Assembly: GCA_004431415.1 (NCBI GenBank)
Contig: QPMI01000495.1
Location: 1 to 64,000, forward strand
DNA: 64,000 nucleotides
From: Cyanophora paradoxa CCMP329
Lineage: Eukaryota; Plantae; Glaucophyta
Direction of reading: 5' to 3'
Shown: positions 46,982 to 59,100 of the stretch, piece by piece
Layout: each line of letters begins with the position of its first letter
Position numbering within the stretch: the stretch's first letter is position 1
Program-made: the position numbers and the translations under genes
The notes under the pieces: model-generated
The model's database searches: none
Told to the model about the DNA's origin: nothing
Seen by the model: only the letters and a program-made list of their open reading frames with translations

Positions 46982-49516
46982 ATGTCCTCGACTGCGTCGA
47001 CGTCAACGCTAGCTTTTCGCCCAGGCGATACCGTGATCTTTCACGGGCTTACATCCGCGGACGGCGCGAAGCTGAACGGCCTGCGGGGGTGCGTTCTTGA
47101 CGCGAACTCGTCGTCGGAGGCGGCAGCGGCGATAGAGCGCGGCCGAGTGCCAGTTCGCGTTCAAGACTCGGGGGCCGGCCGCGGCACATTTACAGTGCGA
47201 TCCGTCAAGCCAGAGAACCTGCAGCTGCAGCTCGCCTGCCCTCCCGGCGTCGAAGTTCGCGACACTGCAGAGTATGGGCGCGCGCTCTTCGCAACGAGAG
47301 ATTTCAAGCAAGGTATGCAATCATGATAATGTGCATGTGCAAATTCACGATGCGAATGCACCCACGAGTTGTTCGAGTTGATGATATATATGCGTGCAGG
47401 GGAGCTCCTCTTTGAAGAATCGCCTTTCCTCGTCATCCGCGGCGAGTCCATCGAGGACGCCTTGCTCGCATACTGCGAGGCTAGCCCCAACGTGAGGGCA
47501 GCCTGCGAAGAACTCTACGCCCCCGAAGTCTCCGAGGATTCGGCCATGAAGGACCCGCAGATCAAAAGAAGCCTCGCGAACGCTCTGAACTGGTGCTTTT
47601 TTTCTCAGCTGGTCCCAGAGCTCAAGGAGAAGATTAGGGGGCTAACTGAGCAGGAGAAAATTAGGAAAGATCTAGATTTTTAAAGAGGAGATAAGGGAAG
47701 ATTTATTCTCACTGTCTAACGCTGAACAGGGCGAGACCGCTGCAAATGGCGAGGACGCAGCTGCCGAACGGACGCAGCTGGCCATCGTATCTTGAGCTCG
47801 CCAGGTTTGACCTGGCGTGCAATTTGAACAGTCACGAGTATGGGGAAGCAAAGCGAGCCCTCTATCGCGTGCGCCAAGTGCCTATTTTGGGGCTTAGATT
47901 TCTGGGGCCTTTTCCTGTCACGCATGCTCCCATCAATATTAATATTCCGTCGGGCTCAGACCAGCAGCAAGATCGCGCACTCATGCAATCCGAATTCGGT
48001 CTTTCGAAAAGTTGGAGAGCAGATAACGCACCGGGCAGTGGCAGACATCCGTGCAGGTTAAATTTGGCCGATGCTCAAATCGTTTTTCTTCAATTTTCCA
48101 TTCACAGTGACCGGCAGGGGAAATGATTACGGAATCGTACCTGCGACGCTGTTGGTATTCAACGAGAGCTCGAAGGGCTGAGCTGCAGAGAACCAAGCGC
48201 TTCAAATGCTGCTGCAACCTCTGTTGCAGCCCCGACTACTCTCGCGCCCTCCCCTGCCCAGAGTGTGCCACCGCTACTCAAGCTTAAGTGTTTGCGAGCA
48301 GCTACTGATGATGACATAATTTGATGCGCGTGCATATGATAATATGCAGGTGCTGCATTCCTCTGCGAGCTTCGAACGGCGTCGGAGCTCTCTCCAAAGA
48401 CGCGGCGCTCGGAAAAGTGCCCGTGCCCTGCGTTATCCTGGACACGGTAGCAGAGGAGTCCGGAGAGCGGCGGTGCTGGAAGTGCGAGGCGTGCTCCCGG
48501 GCATTCGAGTACTCCGAGGTGTGCTCCGCGATGAAGGTAACTGCGGACTTCGAGGAACAAATGGAGATTAAGATAGAGAAGCGGAACGAGGCTCTGGAAG
48601 GCGGAGGCACGGTCAGTACCGGTTGTGTCTAGCTATATGCCGTGACGAGGTGAATTGAATTGATTCTGTTTTGATGCAGGTGCCAACGATCAAAGAGATG
48701 TTGATCGAGCTGATTGAGATTGCTTCGATCCTTGGGCCCCACCACTGGACAGTGCTCGTCCTTTGGGAAATCATCGGGGACTGGTGCATGCTCAATCGCT
48801 CTGAATTCCTCTCTCGCGCTAGATGCAACTAAATCAACTCTGTTAACTTCAAACTGATCTTAGAGCAGCCTCAAACTAAAAATATATACCCGCACTTTGC
48901 AATTAATTTATTCTATCAGTGATCAGTACTGTTAACACGACGGGGCTCAGTGCGCAGAACACGGCCGTCTTCGGTTACGATGAGTACATGTTCGAGGTGG
49001 CAGTCTTCGCGAGGAGCTACATAGCCTCCTGGATGCTCGAGTTCGCGCACCACGGGCAGGGCCGCGTGCTAGCTGCGATCTCCAGCAAGGTCATGGATCT
49101 GGCAGAGAGAATTCTGAAGGAGCCTGTCGTGGGAAAGCGGTCCCAGGCGCTCCTCCGCTGGGGGCAGCTGGCGGCTTCTTGGGCGCTCGAGGGCTTCCAG
49201 ATGTCATTTCCTGCGAAGGAGCCTCGGCGAGTCGCCGCAGAGGTCATTGCGCGGAAGCTGAAGGCGGAACCGAAGCTGTCGCCCGACTTCATTCGCGCGT
49301 GGAACGCGATCGACATTGACCTAAAGCGGGTGCGTCCTCTACCGTTTTACTCTCAAATTCGTTCTTCGTCACGTCATGAATACACGCCACGTTTCATACT
49401 TTTGATTGTATATATCTTCGCAGATTTCACGGGTGGAAGAGGAGAGGAAACGGGAGCTTGCCATGCTGATGAGAACCGATTTCCGCAAGTTTCAGCAACT
49501 GATGCTTTCAGCATGA
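46982..49516 (+). CDS. SET-domain (SMYD-like) protein lysine methyltransferase with an N-terminal SH3/KOW-like module
   Basis: GDTVIFHGL..LNGLRG..VKPENL; YGRALFATRDFKQG|ELLFEESP; IAHSCNPN; IRA|GEMITESY; post-SET FKCCCNLC; further CPEC and CEAC motifs; helical C-terminus ending QQLMLSA*. Confidence 0.85.
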
Positions 49517-50117
49517 TGCTTTCAGCATGATGATTCAATCGAGCCCCATGCAGTACGATTCTTGAAGCTTACTAGATCTAGAGATCAAGGCAAAATAAAC
49601 GCTTCAGAGAGACTTAGAGAGAGAGAATCGCAAGCACAGATAGATACGCCAGACAAATTACAGCAGATCTAGAACTTCGAAATTCGAATTCGAATCACGT
49701 AGCGCAAAATTGATCATGATAAGATCATTGAGCCCTTACGAGTAAGTGATCATGATCAAGTGAAGAACTTGGAATCCAACTATGGCAATTGCAATAAACT
49801 ACGCGTCCAACCGTGCACGTCTCCGGTCTCCAATTTTGCGATTGCAAGGCTTTCGAATTCGTTGCAAGCTTAGGCTCCTGAGCTCCTTCGAATTCGGTCC
49901 CGCTTCGAATTCCCTTTTTCCTGAAGAAATTGATTCTACCGCATAGTGAAATTGAATCCGAGCTCTGCACTGTACACGAACGCCTGCCTATCACTACACC
50001 CCACAAGCAAAGCGCCCCGGGCGCCGGCTAGCTCCTGTGGGGCGGGGGGAAGTCGAGCCCGAGCCGCGCCGAGAGGTCCCTGCACATCCCCTCGTACTTC
50101 CTGCGGGCCCCCCGCCG

Positions 50118-53100
50118 TCAGCCTCTGGACCGGAGCCGAGCGGGCGGCGGCCCGGGGCCGGCCGGGGCGCGCCTTGCGAGGCGCTCGGCCTCGGCGTAGC
50201 GGAACTTGAGCTCCTCGATCTCCTCGAAGAAGGCCGCGTCGAAGTGGCTCAGCTCCCCTGCCCCGCCCCGCGTCAGACGGGGAGGGGGGGAAGAAGGGGA
50301 GGGGTACGGGGGCACCCTTGAGGGCGGAGTTCTCGGCGCGGAGGGCGCGCAGCTCGGAGAGGGCGCCCGCGTCCTCCCGCGGCGCCGGCTCTGGCGGCGG
50401 CCTCGACGCCTGCGGCGGGCGGAGGGCCGGATCAGCTCGGACCCAAGTGGGGCGAGGCGGGGCGGGCGGGGCGGGCGGCGGGCCGCGCCTGCTTGCGCCA
50501 CTGGCGGGCCTCGGCCTCGGCCTCGCGGCGGCCGTCCTCGAGGTCCCGCACCTGCTCGTGCAGCCGCACCACCTGCGAGCCCGCCGCCCCCCGCTCAGCG
50601 CCCGGAAGACGCGGCGGGGCGGGGCGGGGCGGAACGCTCGCCTCGCGCTCGCGGTCCTCGAGCTGCCCGCGCATGTCCCGCAGCGCGTCCTGCGCCGCGC
50701 ACAGCTTGTCCTTCAGGTTCTTCACCTGCCGCCCGCCCCCCGCCGCCGCGTCAGAGGCACGTCGCCCGAAGGCCGCTGCCGGGCGGGGCGGGGGCGGGAC
50801 CTTGACGCGCTGCTCGTCGGCGTCCTGCTGCAGGCGGCGGCACTGCCCCTGCAGCGCGATGAGCGACTCCTCCAGCAGCCGCTGCGAGAAAGCGCGTCAG
50901 ATCGTCTCCCAAGGAAGGGCCGGGGGCGGGGCGGGGCGGCGGGCCTGGGTCTCGGGGGCGGTGCCGCCGGCGCGAAGGGCCCGCGCCTCGGCCTCGAGGC
51001 GGTTGCGCTCCTCCGTCAGGTGCTCCACCGCCTGCCGCCGCCGCTCGCTCACCTCCTGCTCCTTCTTCAGCTGCCGCTGCACGCTGCTCAGCTGCCCCAT
51101 CGTCCTGCTCAGCGCCGCCCGCGCCTCCTCCACCCCGCCCTTCTCCTTCGCCGCCGACGACGACTCCGTAAGCTGCGCGTGCGCGCGCGCGCCCCACCCC
51201 GTCAGCCGCGCCGCGCGCCCCGCCGTCTCGGCCCCGCACCTGCTGGCGGAGCTGCTTGTTCTCCTTGAGCAGCTCCATGTAGCGCACGTTGGTCGGCACG
51301 GCGCGCTTCAGCGCCTCGTTCTCCGCCTGCACCCGCTCCACCACCCGCTTCATCGCCTCGACGACCGCCTCCAGCTCGGCCGCCTGTCCCCGGCCCGCCG
51401 CCTTAGAGGAAGCGGGGGGCCGAAAGAGGGGGGTAGGGGCGACCTTCTTCTCGCCGGCGGCGGCGGCGGCGCGCCTCCGCGCGGCGGCGAGCGGCGTGTT
51501 CTCCTTGTCGAGCATCGCGTCCCGCGGGCTCGCCCCGCTGGGCGCCGCCCTCCGCCCCATCGCCGCCAGCGCCTGGTTGTACGCCTGCGGAGCGCGCCCT
51601 CAGCCCAGGAAAGAGAGAGGGGAGGGGTACGCGAAAGAGGGCGGAGGAGGGGCACCTGGAGCTCGGCGACGCGGCGCTGGAGGCGCTGGACGGAGAGGGC
51701 GAGGGACTCGCGGTCGAAGCGGAGCTCGACGTTCGCCGCGTCCCGCTCCACCGCCTCCGCCTCCAGCTCCTGCCCGACCGTCAGGACCCCGGGCAGGCCC
51801 GTCTTCTCTTCGCTTAGAGCTCAGCGCGCCTGCACGCGGCGCTCGGCGCGCTCGGCGCGGATGAGGGCGTCGGACTCGGCGTCGGGGCCCGGCGGGGCCG
51901 GCCCCGCCCGCTGCAGCGCCCCCTCGAGCTCCCGCGTCCTGTGCACCAGCCGCCGCACCTCCGCCTCCTTCTCCACCTACGTAGACGGGTCGGCAGAGCG
52001 GGGGGAGGGGTACGACGCTTTCTCAGACGGGGCGGGGGGCACCTGGAGGACGCGGCGGAGGGACTGGATCTCCTGCTGCGCCGCCGCCAGCTCGTCCCGC
52101 GCCTCCTCCGCGTTCTGCGCCCCGCCCCGTCTGCCGCGCGGGGGTACCGCGTTCGGGCGCGAGGGGGTACCTGGATGCGCTTGAGAATGTCCCAGCGCAG
52201 CTCGAAGGGCTCCGAGCCGGGCGGGCCGGCGTCGGGGTGCCCCGCCGGCCGCGCCGCGCCGCCCGCCGCCGAGGGGCCCGCGCGCTCCAGCTTGTCTATC
52301 AGCTCCTTCGCCCTCGCCTGCGGCGGGTCGGCCGCGCGATCCAAAAAAGCGGAGCGGAGCGCGGGGGCGCACCAGCTGGGCCTGCATCGCGTCGCACTGC
52401 TTGGTCTTGGCCTCGAGCTTCGCGGCGAGCACGTCGAGGCGCTTCTGGAGGCGCTTCTCCGCGTGCCAGCGCTCGACGGCCGTCGCCGGCTTCTCCTTCT
52501 CCTCGCCCCGCGGCGAGGGCCCGTCCGATGCCGTCTTCGGGGGCGTGCCCCCGTCCTCCGCCTCCTTCGCCCCCGTCGGCGGCCGCGGGGCCGCCGCCGG
52601 CGTCGCCGCCGCCGCCGTCGCTGCTGCTGCTGCCGCCCCCGGCTTCTCGGACGGGGAGCCGGGCTTGGGCGGCCTGATGTCCGCCATCCGCTTGAGGCCC
52701 GAGCCGGGCGCCGAGGCCGGGCGCGCGGCCTGCGCCGGGGTGCCCGGGGGCGGCGGCTGCGGCGGCTCCTCGCCCTCGCCGCCCTGGCGCGGGGTCGCCG
52801 GCTTGTCCTTCCTGTACTTCTCCATGACGCGCAGCTTGCGCTCCAGCTCCTCCGCCCGCGGGTTCGCGTCCAGCTCCGCCTGCCCCGCCGTCAGCGGGGG
52901 GCGGGGGGCGCGGGAAGGAGAGGGGGCGGGGGCGCGCCCGCAGCCGCTTGCGGTCGAACTCGGCGTCGCGGAGGCCCTTCTGGAGGCGGGCGACCTCGTT
53001 GGCCTGCCGCTGGACGGTCCCCTGCAGCGTCCGGTTCTGCTCCCGCAGGCCCGAGACCTCGCCGGCGAGCTTCTCGTTGGCCTCCTTGACGCGCTCGACC

Positions 53101-56100
53101 TCCTCCTTGGCGCGGACCATGCGCGCCTGCACCGCCGCGAAGCGCTGCTGCAGCTCCGCCGTCGCCGCCTCCACGTCCCGCTCCGCCGAGGCCGCCCCGC
53201 CCCCGCCCCCGCCCGCCTTCTGCCCGAACGTGTCGTCCGCCGCCTCCAGCAGCTCCTGAAAGGGCCGGCGTCAAAGGGGGAGGGAGGGACGGGCTTAGGC
53301 GGCGCTGGCCCGTCCCGCACCTGCTTGAGGTCCTTGATGGCCGTCTGGAGCTTGTACTGCTCCTTCTCCTTGGTGGCGAGCTTGGTGCGGAGGAGGGCGA
53401 GCTGGCGCTGCATGGCCTTGGAGGGGTCGTTGGCCGTCATCTCGTCGACCTTGTGCTGCATCCGCTGCAGCTCCTCGCTCCGCTGCGCCAGCTGCTCCTC
53501 CAGCATCGCGCCCCGCCGCTGCGCCGTCTCCAGCAGGCTCTGCGCCCCCGCCGTCAGCCCCGGGGGAAACACCAAGGGGGAAGGAGAGGCGGGCGCGCCT
53601 GGAGGTGGAGGATGCGGGTGTCGCGCTCGTGGAGGAGCTCGTCCACCTCGTCCGCCAGAAGCACCGGGCTCTGCGGACGATCAGAGGGAGAAGAGGAAGG
53701 CGGGGCGCAGATGGGAAGGGGCGGGGGGGCGCGCCACGGCGGACTTCTCGTTCTCCTCGGCCTGCCGCAGCGCCTCGCGCATCTTCTGCACCTCCCGGTC
53801 CCCCTCCGTGTAGATCTCCTCCGCCAGGCGCTCCACCTGATTTCGTCGAGATCTAGTTCGACCTCGTCGAGGGAGGAGCGATCGAAGCCTCGCACCTGGA
53901 CCTTGTCGACCTTCTTCTGGGCGGCGAACTGGGCGCGGAGCTGCTGGAGCTGCCCCTGGTACTTGGCGACGAGCTCGCGCTGGGCGGCCACCTCCGCCTG
54001 CAGCCGCCGGATCGTGTCGTCCGCCACGCTGGAGAGGTACCCCGAGAGCTCCTCCGACGCCCGCAGGTCCACGTCCCCGGCCCCGATCCCCATCCGCGGG
54101 TTCGGGACGGCCCCGGGGAGCCCGAAGCCGCCGTGGGGCCCGCCCTCGCCGCCCCCGAAGGAGGGCAGGCCCTGCAGGCGGAGCCGCCCCTGCAGCTCGG
54201 TCATCATCAGGTCCCTCTCCGCCAGCGCCGACTGCGCCTGCTGCAGCTCCCGCTGCACCTGCGCGCGAGGGGCGTTCGAGTCAGCGGAGCTGAGAGCGGG
54301 GCGCGGAGGGGCCGGAGGCGGACCGCGAGGAAGTCGGCCTGCATGTCGGCGAGCTGCTGGATGAGCTCGCCGGCCCCCGAGGGCTCGTGCAGCCGCCGCG
54401 CCGCGTCCAGCACCGCCTGCAGCTTCTCGTTCCCGGGGGCCCCCGCCTCCAGCAGCGCCGAGGGCGCCCCCGCCGGCGCCGCCGGCCCGCCCCGCGCGCC
54501 GCCCTCGCCCAGCAGCTGGACCTCGTCCTCCGCCTTCTTCAGGCGCCGGTTCAGCTCGGCGATGTGGACCTGCGCGCGCCGCTCAGGCGTGGACGTGACG
54601 AGGCCGGCGAGGAAGGAAGAACGGCGGGGCTCGCCTCGAACTGGACGCGGGAGCGCTCGTCGTGCTCCTCGAGGCGGACGCACTTCTCCTCGAAGGCCTG
54701 CAGCTCTGCCTCCATCCGCCCGTTGTCCGCCTCCAGGTTCTTCGCCCGCTCCTGCAGCCGCGCCGCCTGCCGCAGCAGCTTCCCCTCCATCGTCCGCGCC
54801 GTCTGCCCCCGCGCGTCAGCCCCGGCCCGGGGGCTTGCGGGCGGGGGGTACAGGAGGACGAGCCTGGACGCGGATGGACCACTCCGAGAGGCGGGCGGAG
54901 ACCTCGCCGGCCGTACCCCCCTTGAGGGCCTCAACCAGCTCGCTCAGCGTGCTGACCTGAGCCGTCGACGCGTCCATCTCGTCCTGCGCGCCCGGTCAGG
55001 GGGAGGGGGCGGCGCCAGGGGGGTACGGCGGGCCTGGATGCGGTGGAGCTCGTCGGCGATGCGCGTGGCGTCGAGCTGGAGGTCGACGCGCTTCCTCTCG
55101 CTCGCCACCAGCGAGTTCTTCAGCGCCTCGAACCGCTTCAGCGAGATCGTCTCCCGCGACCGCAGCTGCGCGTCCTCCTTCGCCTGCGCACCCGGTCAGG
55201 CGCAAGGACGGGAGGGGAAGAAGGCGGAGCGGGGTACGCGCCTGGCGCTCGGCGGCGATCTGCTGGCGGTAGTCGTCGCGGGCGCGGTACAGGGACGCCA
55301 CCGCCTCGTCGGAGCGCTGCTCCAGCCGCCTCAGCACCGCGTTCAGCTGCGCCACCTGCGGGGGTACGGCGGCCCGTCAGGGGGGGGGGGGGCGAAGCCG
55401 GGACGGCGGAGGGGTACGGCCTCGCCTGGGCCTTGGCCTGCTCCTCGGACCGGCGCGAGGAGGCCTCGCCGAGGCGCAGCTGCAGGAGCTGGTAGTGCAG
55501 TTTCCCGACCGCCGCCCTGGGTACGCGAATCGCTGAGCGCAGGAACGTCGCGCGAGCCGGGCGGCGGGCCGCACTTGTCGTCGTCGCCGGAGGCGGAGGT
55601 GCGGAGAGCGGCGTGCAGCTCGTTCAGCTGGTCGCTGCGCGCCGCCAGCATCGCCGACAGCTGCCGCGACTGCCGCTCCGCGATGTCCGAGAGGTCCTGG
55701 AGGCGAGGGGGAAGGAGCGGGTCGGGGGTACGGCCGTCGAGGCGGGGGCGGGGTGCCGACCTTGAAGCGGTGGACCTCGCTGCGGGCCTTCTCCAGATCG
55801 CGCTCCGCGACCGCCAGGCGCATCTGAACGGCGGGTTCGGTTCCGGACGGGATGCCAAGCGGAGCGGGGGTACGCGGACCTGGAGGTCCTCGGCCTTCTC
55901 CCGGGGTATGGTCCCGTCGAGCCGGCCCTGGAGGTTCATGCGGTCCGCGTCCGCCTCCTGCGCGCCGGCGGCGCTCAGACGAGGCGGCCGCGCGGCGGAG
56001 GGCGGGGGGCGCGGCGCGCCTGGAGCTTCTTCGTGAGGTCGATGACCTGCGCCTCGAGCTGCGCGGTGCGCTCCTCCAGCTCCTTCTGGATCGCCGCCGC

Positions 56101-59100
56101 CTGCTCGTACCGCTTCGTCGCCAGGTCCGCCTTCCGCTGCGCGTTCCCCTCCGCCAGCTGCGCCGTCACGAGCCTCGCCAGCGCCGCCGCCGCCTCGGCC
56201 TTCGGGTCCCCCCCCGCGGCCAGCGAGTCGACGACGTGCTTGTGCTTCTCCGCCGCCTCGCGGGCGCCGCGCTCGGCGACCGTGAGGTCGGCGAGCTGGA
56301 AGCGGAGCAGGGCGGCGTCCTTCTTGAGCGCCTCGAGCTCGGCGCGGGCGCCGGCGAGGCTCGCCGACTCCTCGATGGCCGAGCGCAGCCGCTGCATCGC
56401 GATCTCGTGCTGCCGGTGCAGGTGCTGGAACCGCTCCGCCGGCACCGAGGCGTCCAGCTCCGTCTGCAGCCGCGTCGCCCGCTCTGCGAGCCCGCGCGCC
56501 CGTGAGGCCGAGCGAGCGAGCGACGAAAACGAGCGAAGAGACGAACGTTCGGCGAGGTCCTTGGCGCGCTGGAGGTCCGAGGCGCGCGTCATCAGCACGC
56601 GCTCCATCTCGACCAGGTCCGAGTTCAGGCGACCGTTCTCCCTCCGCAGGATCCCGTCCTCCAGCTCCAGGATCTGCAGGGCGAGGGAGGGAGTCAGGGC
56701 AAGGAGACCGTTCGCCCGGCCTGCCTCGGGGGGGGGGGGGGGGGGGGGGGGGGGCGCGCACGGCGAGCTTGCGGGCGGCGTTGCCCTCGGTGGTCTGCAG
56801 GTGGACGAGCTGCAGCGTGAGCTCCGTGACGCGCCCGCGGACCGTCTCCTCGCCGCCCGTCTGCAGCGCGGCGATCGAGGCCCGCAGCTCCTGGATCGCC
56901 CGCGCGTCCTCCTCGGCCCGCGAGCGCAGGCTCCGGTTCGCCTTCTCCGTCTCCTGCATCTGCTTTTTGAGGGCGACGTGCTCGCGGTAGAGCACCGACT
57001 GCTGCTCCGCGACGCCCTCGAACTGGTTGCGGTAGCGGCGCAGCTCGCGCTCCATCGCCGCCGCCTGCGCCTCCCGCTGGAAGAGCTCGTCCAGGCACTG
57101 CACCAGCTGCGAGTTGAGCGCCGCGAGCGCCTCCGCCGCCGCCCGCCCGCCGCCGCGCTCCGCCGTCTTGGAGAGCTCGTCGGGGAGGGGGATGGAGGGC
57201 GTGACGTGCGCCGCCAGCTGCTGGATGCGCGCCCTCAGCTCCGTGTTCTGCTGCAGCTGCATCTGGAGGGCCCCCGAGGCCAGCGCCAGGTCCTCCTGCA
57301 GCTTCTCGATCCGCATCTGCAGCGTGAATTTCTGGCGCGGCGCGTCAGGACGAGGAAGAGGCGGAAGGGGCAACGGGGGAGGGGGCGGGCGGACCTCCTG
57401 GGTGACGAGGGTCTTCTCGTCGGCCATGCGCTGCACGAGCTCGTTCTCGGTGTGGCGGTCCGCCTGCTCGCGCTGCTGCAGCTGCTGGTAGAGCCTAAGG
57501 AAGCGGCCCTGCACGCCCATGGGCGAGGCCGGGCTGGGGATGGAGGGCGCCCCGGCCGAGAGGAGCGCCGACTGCATGAGGAGGCCCGAGGCGGCGAGGC
57601 CCTGGGGCCCCCCGGGGGAGAGGATCGTCGGCTGGCTCCCCTCCGTGGCCCCAGGGGTGGGCGGCAGGCTCCCCGAGGCCGGCAGCTGGCCCGCCAGGTT
57701 CGCCCGCACGTTCGCGTCCTCCATGAAGAGCATCACCTGGGACCAAGTTGAATCCTCCAGAAAAAACAAGCGGGATTAAATCCATTCCTCTTATTGCGCA
57801 CCTCGGACTTGAGGGACTCGTACTTGGCGCGGATGACGGCGTTCTCCTCGCGGAGCTTGAGCGCCGCCTCGAGCATTTCGTTCTTCTCGATCGTCGCCGT
57901 CGCCGCCCGCTCCCGCTCCATCTGCGCCCCGCGCTCAGCGGCCCGCCTCCTCCATCGCTATCGAGGGGGCGGGCGCTGGGGAGGAGGAATGACCTGGAGC
58001 TGGGAGCGCATCTCCTTGAGCTCCTCGCGCAGCTCGCCGAGGACCTCGTCGGGGACGTGGCCCCCGAGGCCCAGCGACGCCCGCGGCCGCGACCCCGGCG
58101 CTGCGCGCGGGGCCGGCCCTCAGCGGCGGCGAGAGGCGCCGGAGCGCCGGAGCGGGGCAGGGCGGACCCTTGCCCTCGCGGAGCTGGTCGGCGTAGGACT
58201 CGAGGGCCTCGAGGTCCTCGATGTCGAGGCCGAGGCGGACGGCGCGCTCGCCGCGGTGCAGCGCCGAGAGCCGCAGCTCCGCCTTCAGCTGCATCCGCTC
58301 CTCCTCGAGCGTCTGGACCTCGCGCATGTACTGCAGGTTCGTGGCGCGCAGCTGCTGGAGCTCGACCTGCTGCGCGAGGCGGATGGGGTCCAGCGAGACG
58401 CGCTCCTCGGCGGTGATGCCGAGCCTGTCGCGCAGCATCGTGTTCTCGTCGTAGAGGTCCGCCAGCTTCCGCAGCTGCTCGTTCACCTGCGAGGCCGCCG
58501 GCTCAGCCCCGGGGAGGAAAGCGGGGGCGGGCGGCCGGCTCGCCTGCTTGGTGAGGGTCGCGATGTCCTGGTCCCGGACCTGGATGCGCCCCTTGAGCTC
58601 CTTGATCTCCCGCACCGCCTCCGTCAGGCCGTACACGCCTGCGCCGCGCCGCCCCCGCCGCCCGTGAGGCGGACGTGGAAGCGGGGAGCAGGGGAAGGGG
58701 AGGGACGTGGCGCGGGGACCGAGAGGGGCGTGCGCACCCTGCTCGTACTGGTGCAGGCGCGCGCGCAGCTGGACGATCTGCTCGTTGCGCTCCTGCAGCT
58801 CCTGCACGAGCTTGTTCGCCGACTCGACGGCCTCCTCCCGCTCCCGGCTCCGCTCCACGGCCATGCGCCGCGACTCCTCCAGCTCCTTCGTCTGGTGCTC
58901 CAGCTCCCGGATGTTCTGGAGAGGGCCGCATTCGAAAGCAAGGCAGGAGGCGAGCGAGCGAGCGGGGGAGGGAGGGGGACGCACGCTGGAGCGGGCGTCG
59001 TCGTGGACCTTGACGAGCGCCTCGGAGAGAGCCTCCAGCTCCGAGTTGGCGTCCTCCAGCTCCAGCTCCAGCTGCTTGATGCGCTCCTCTGCAGAGCGGG

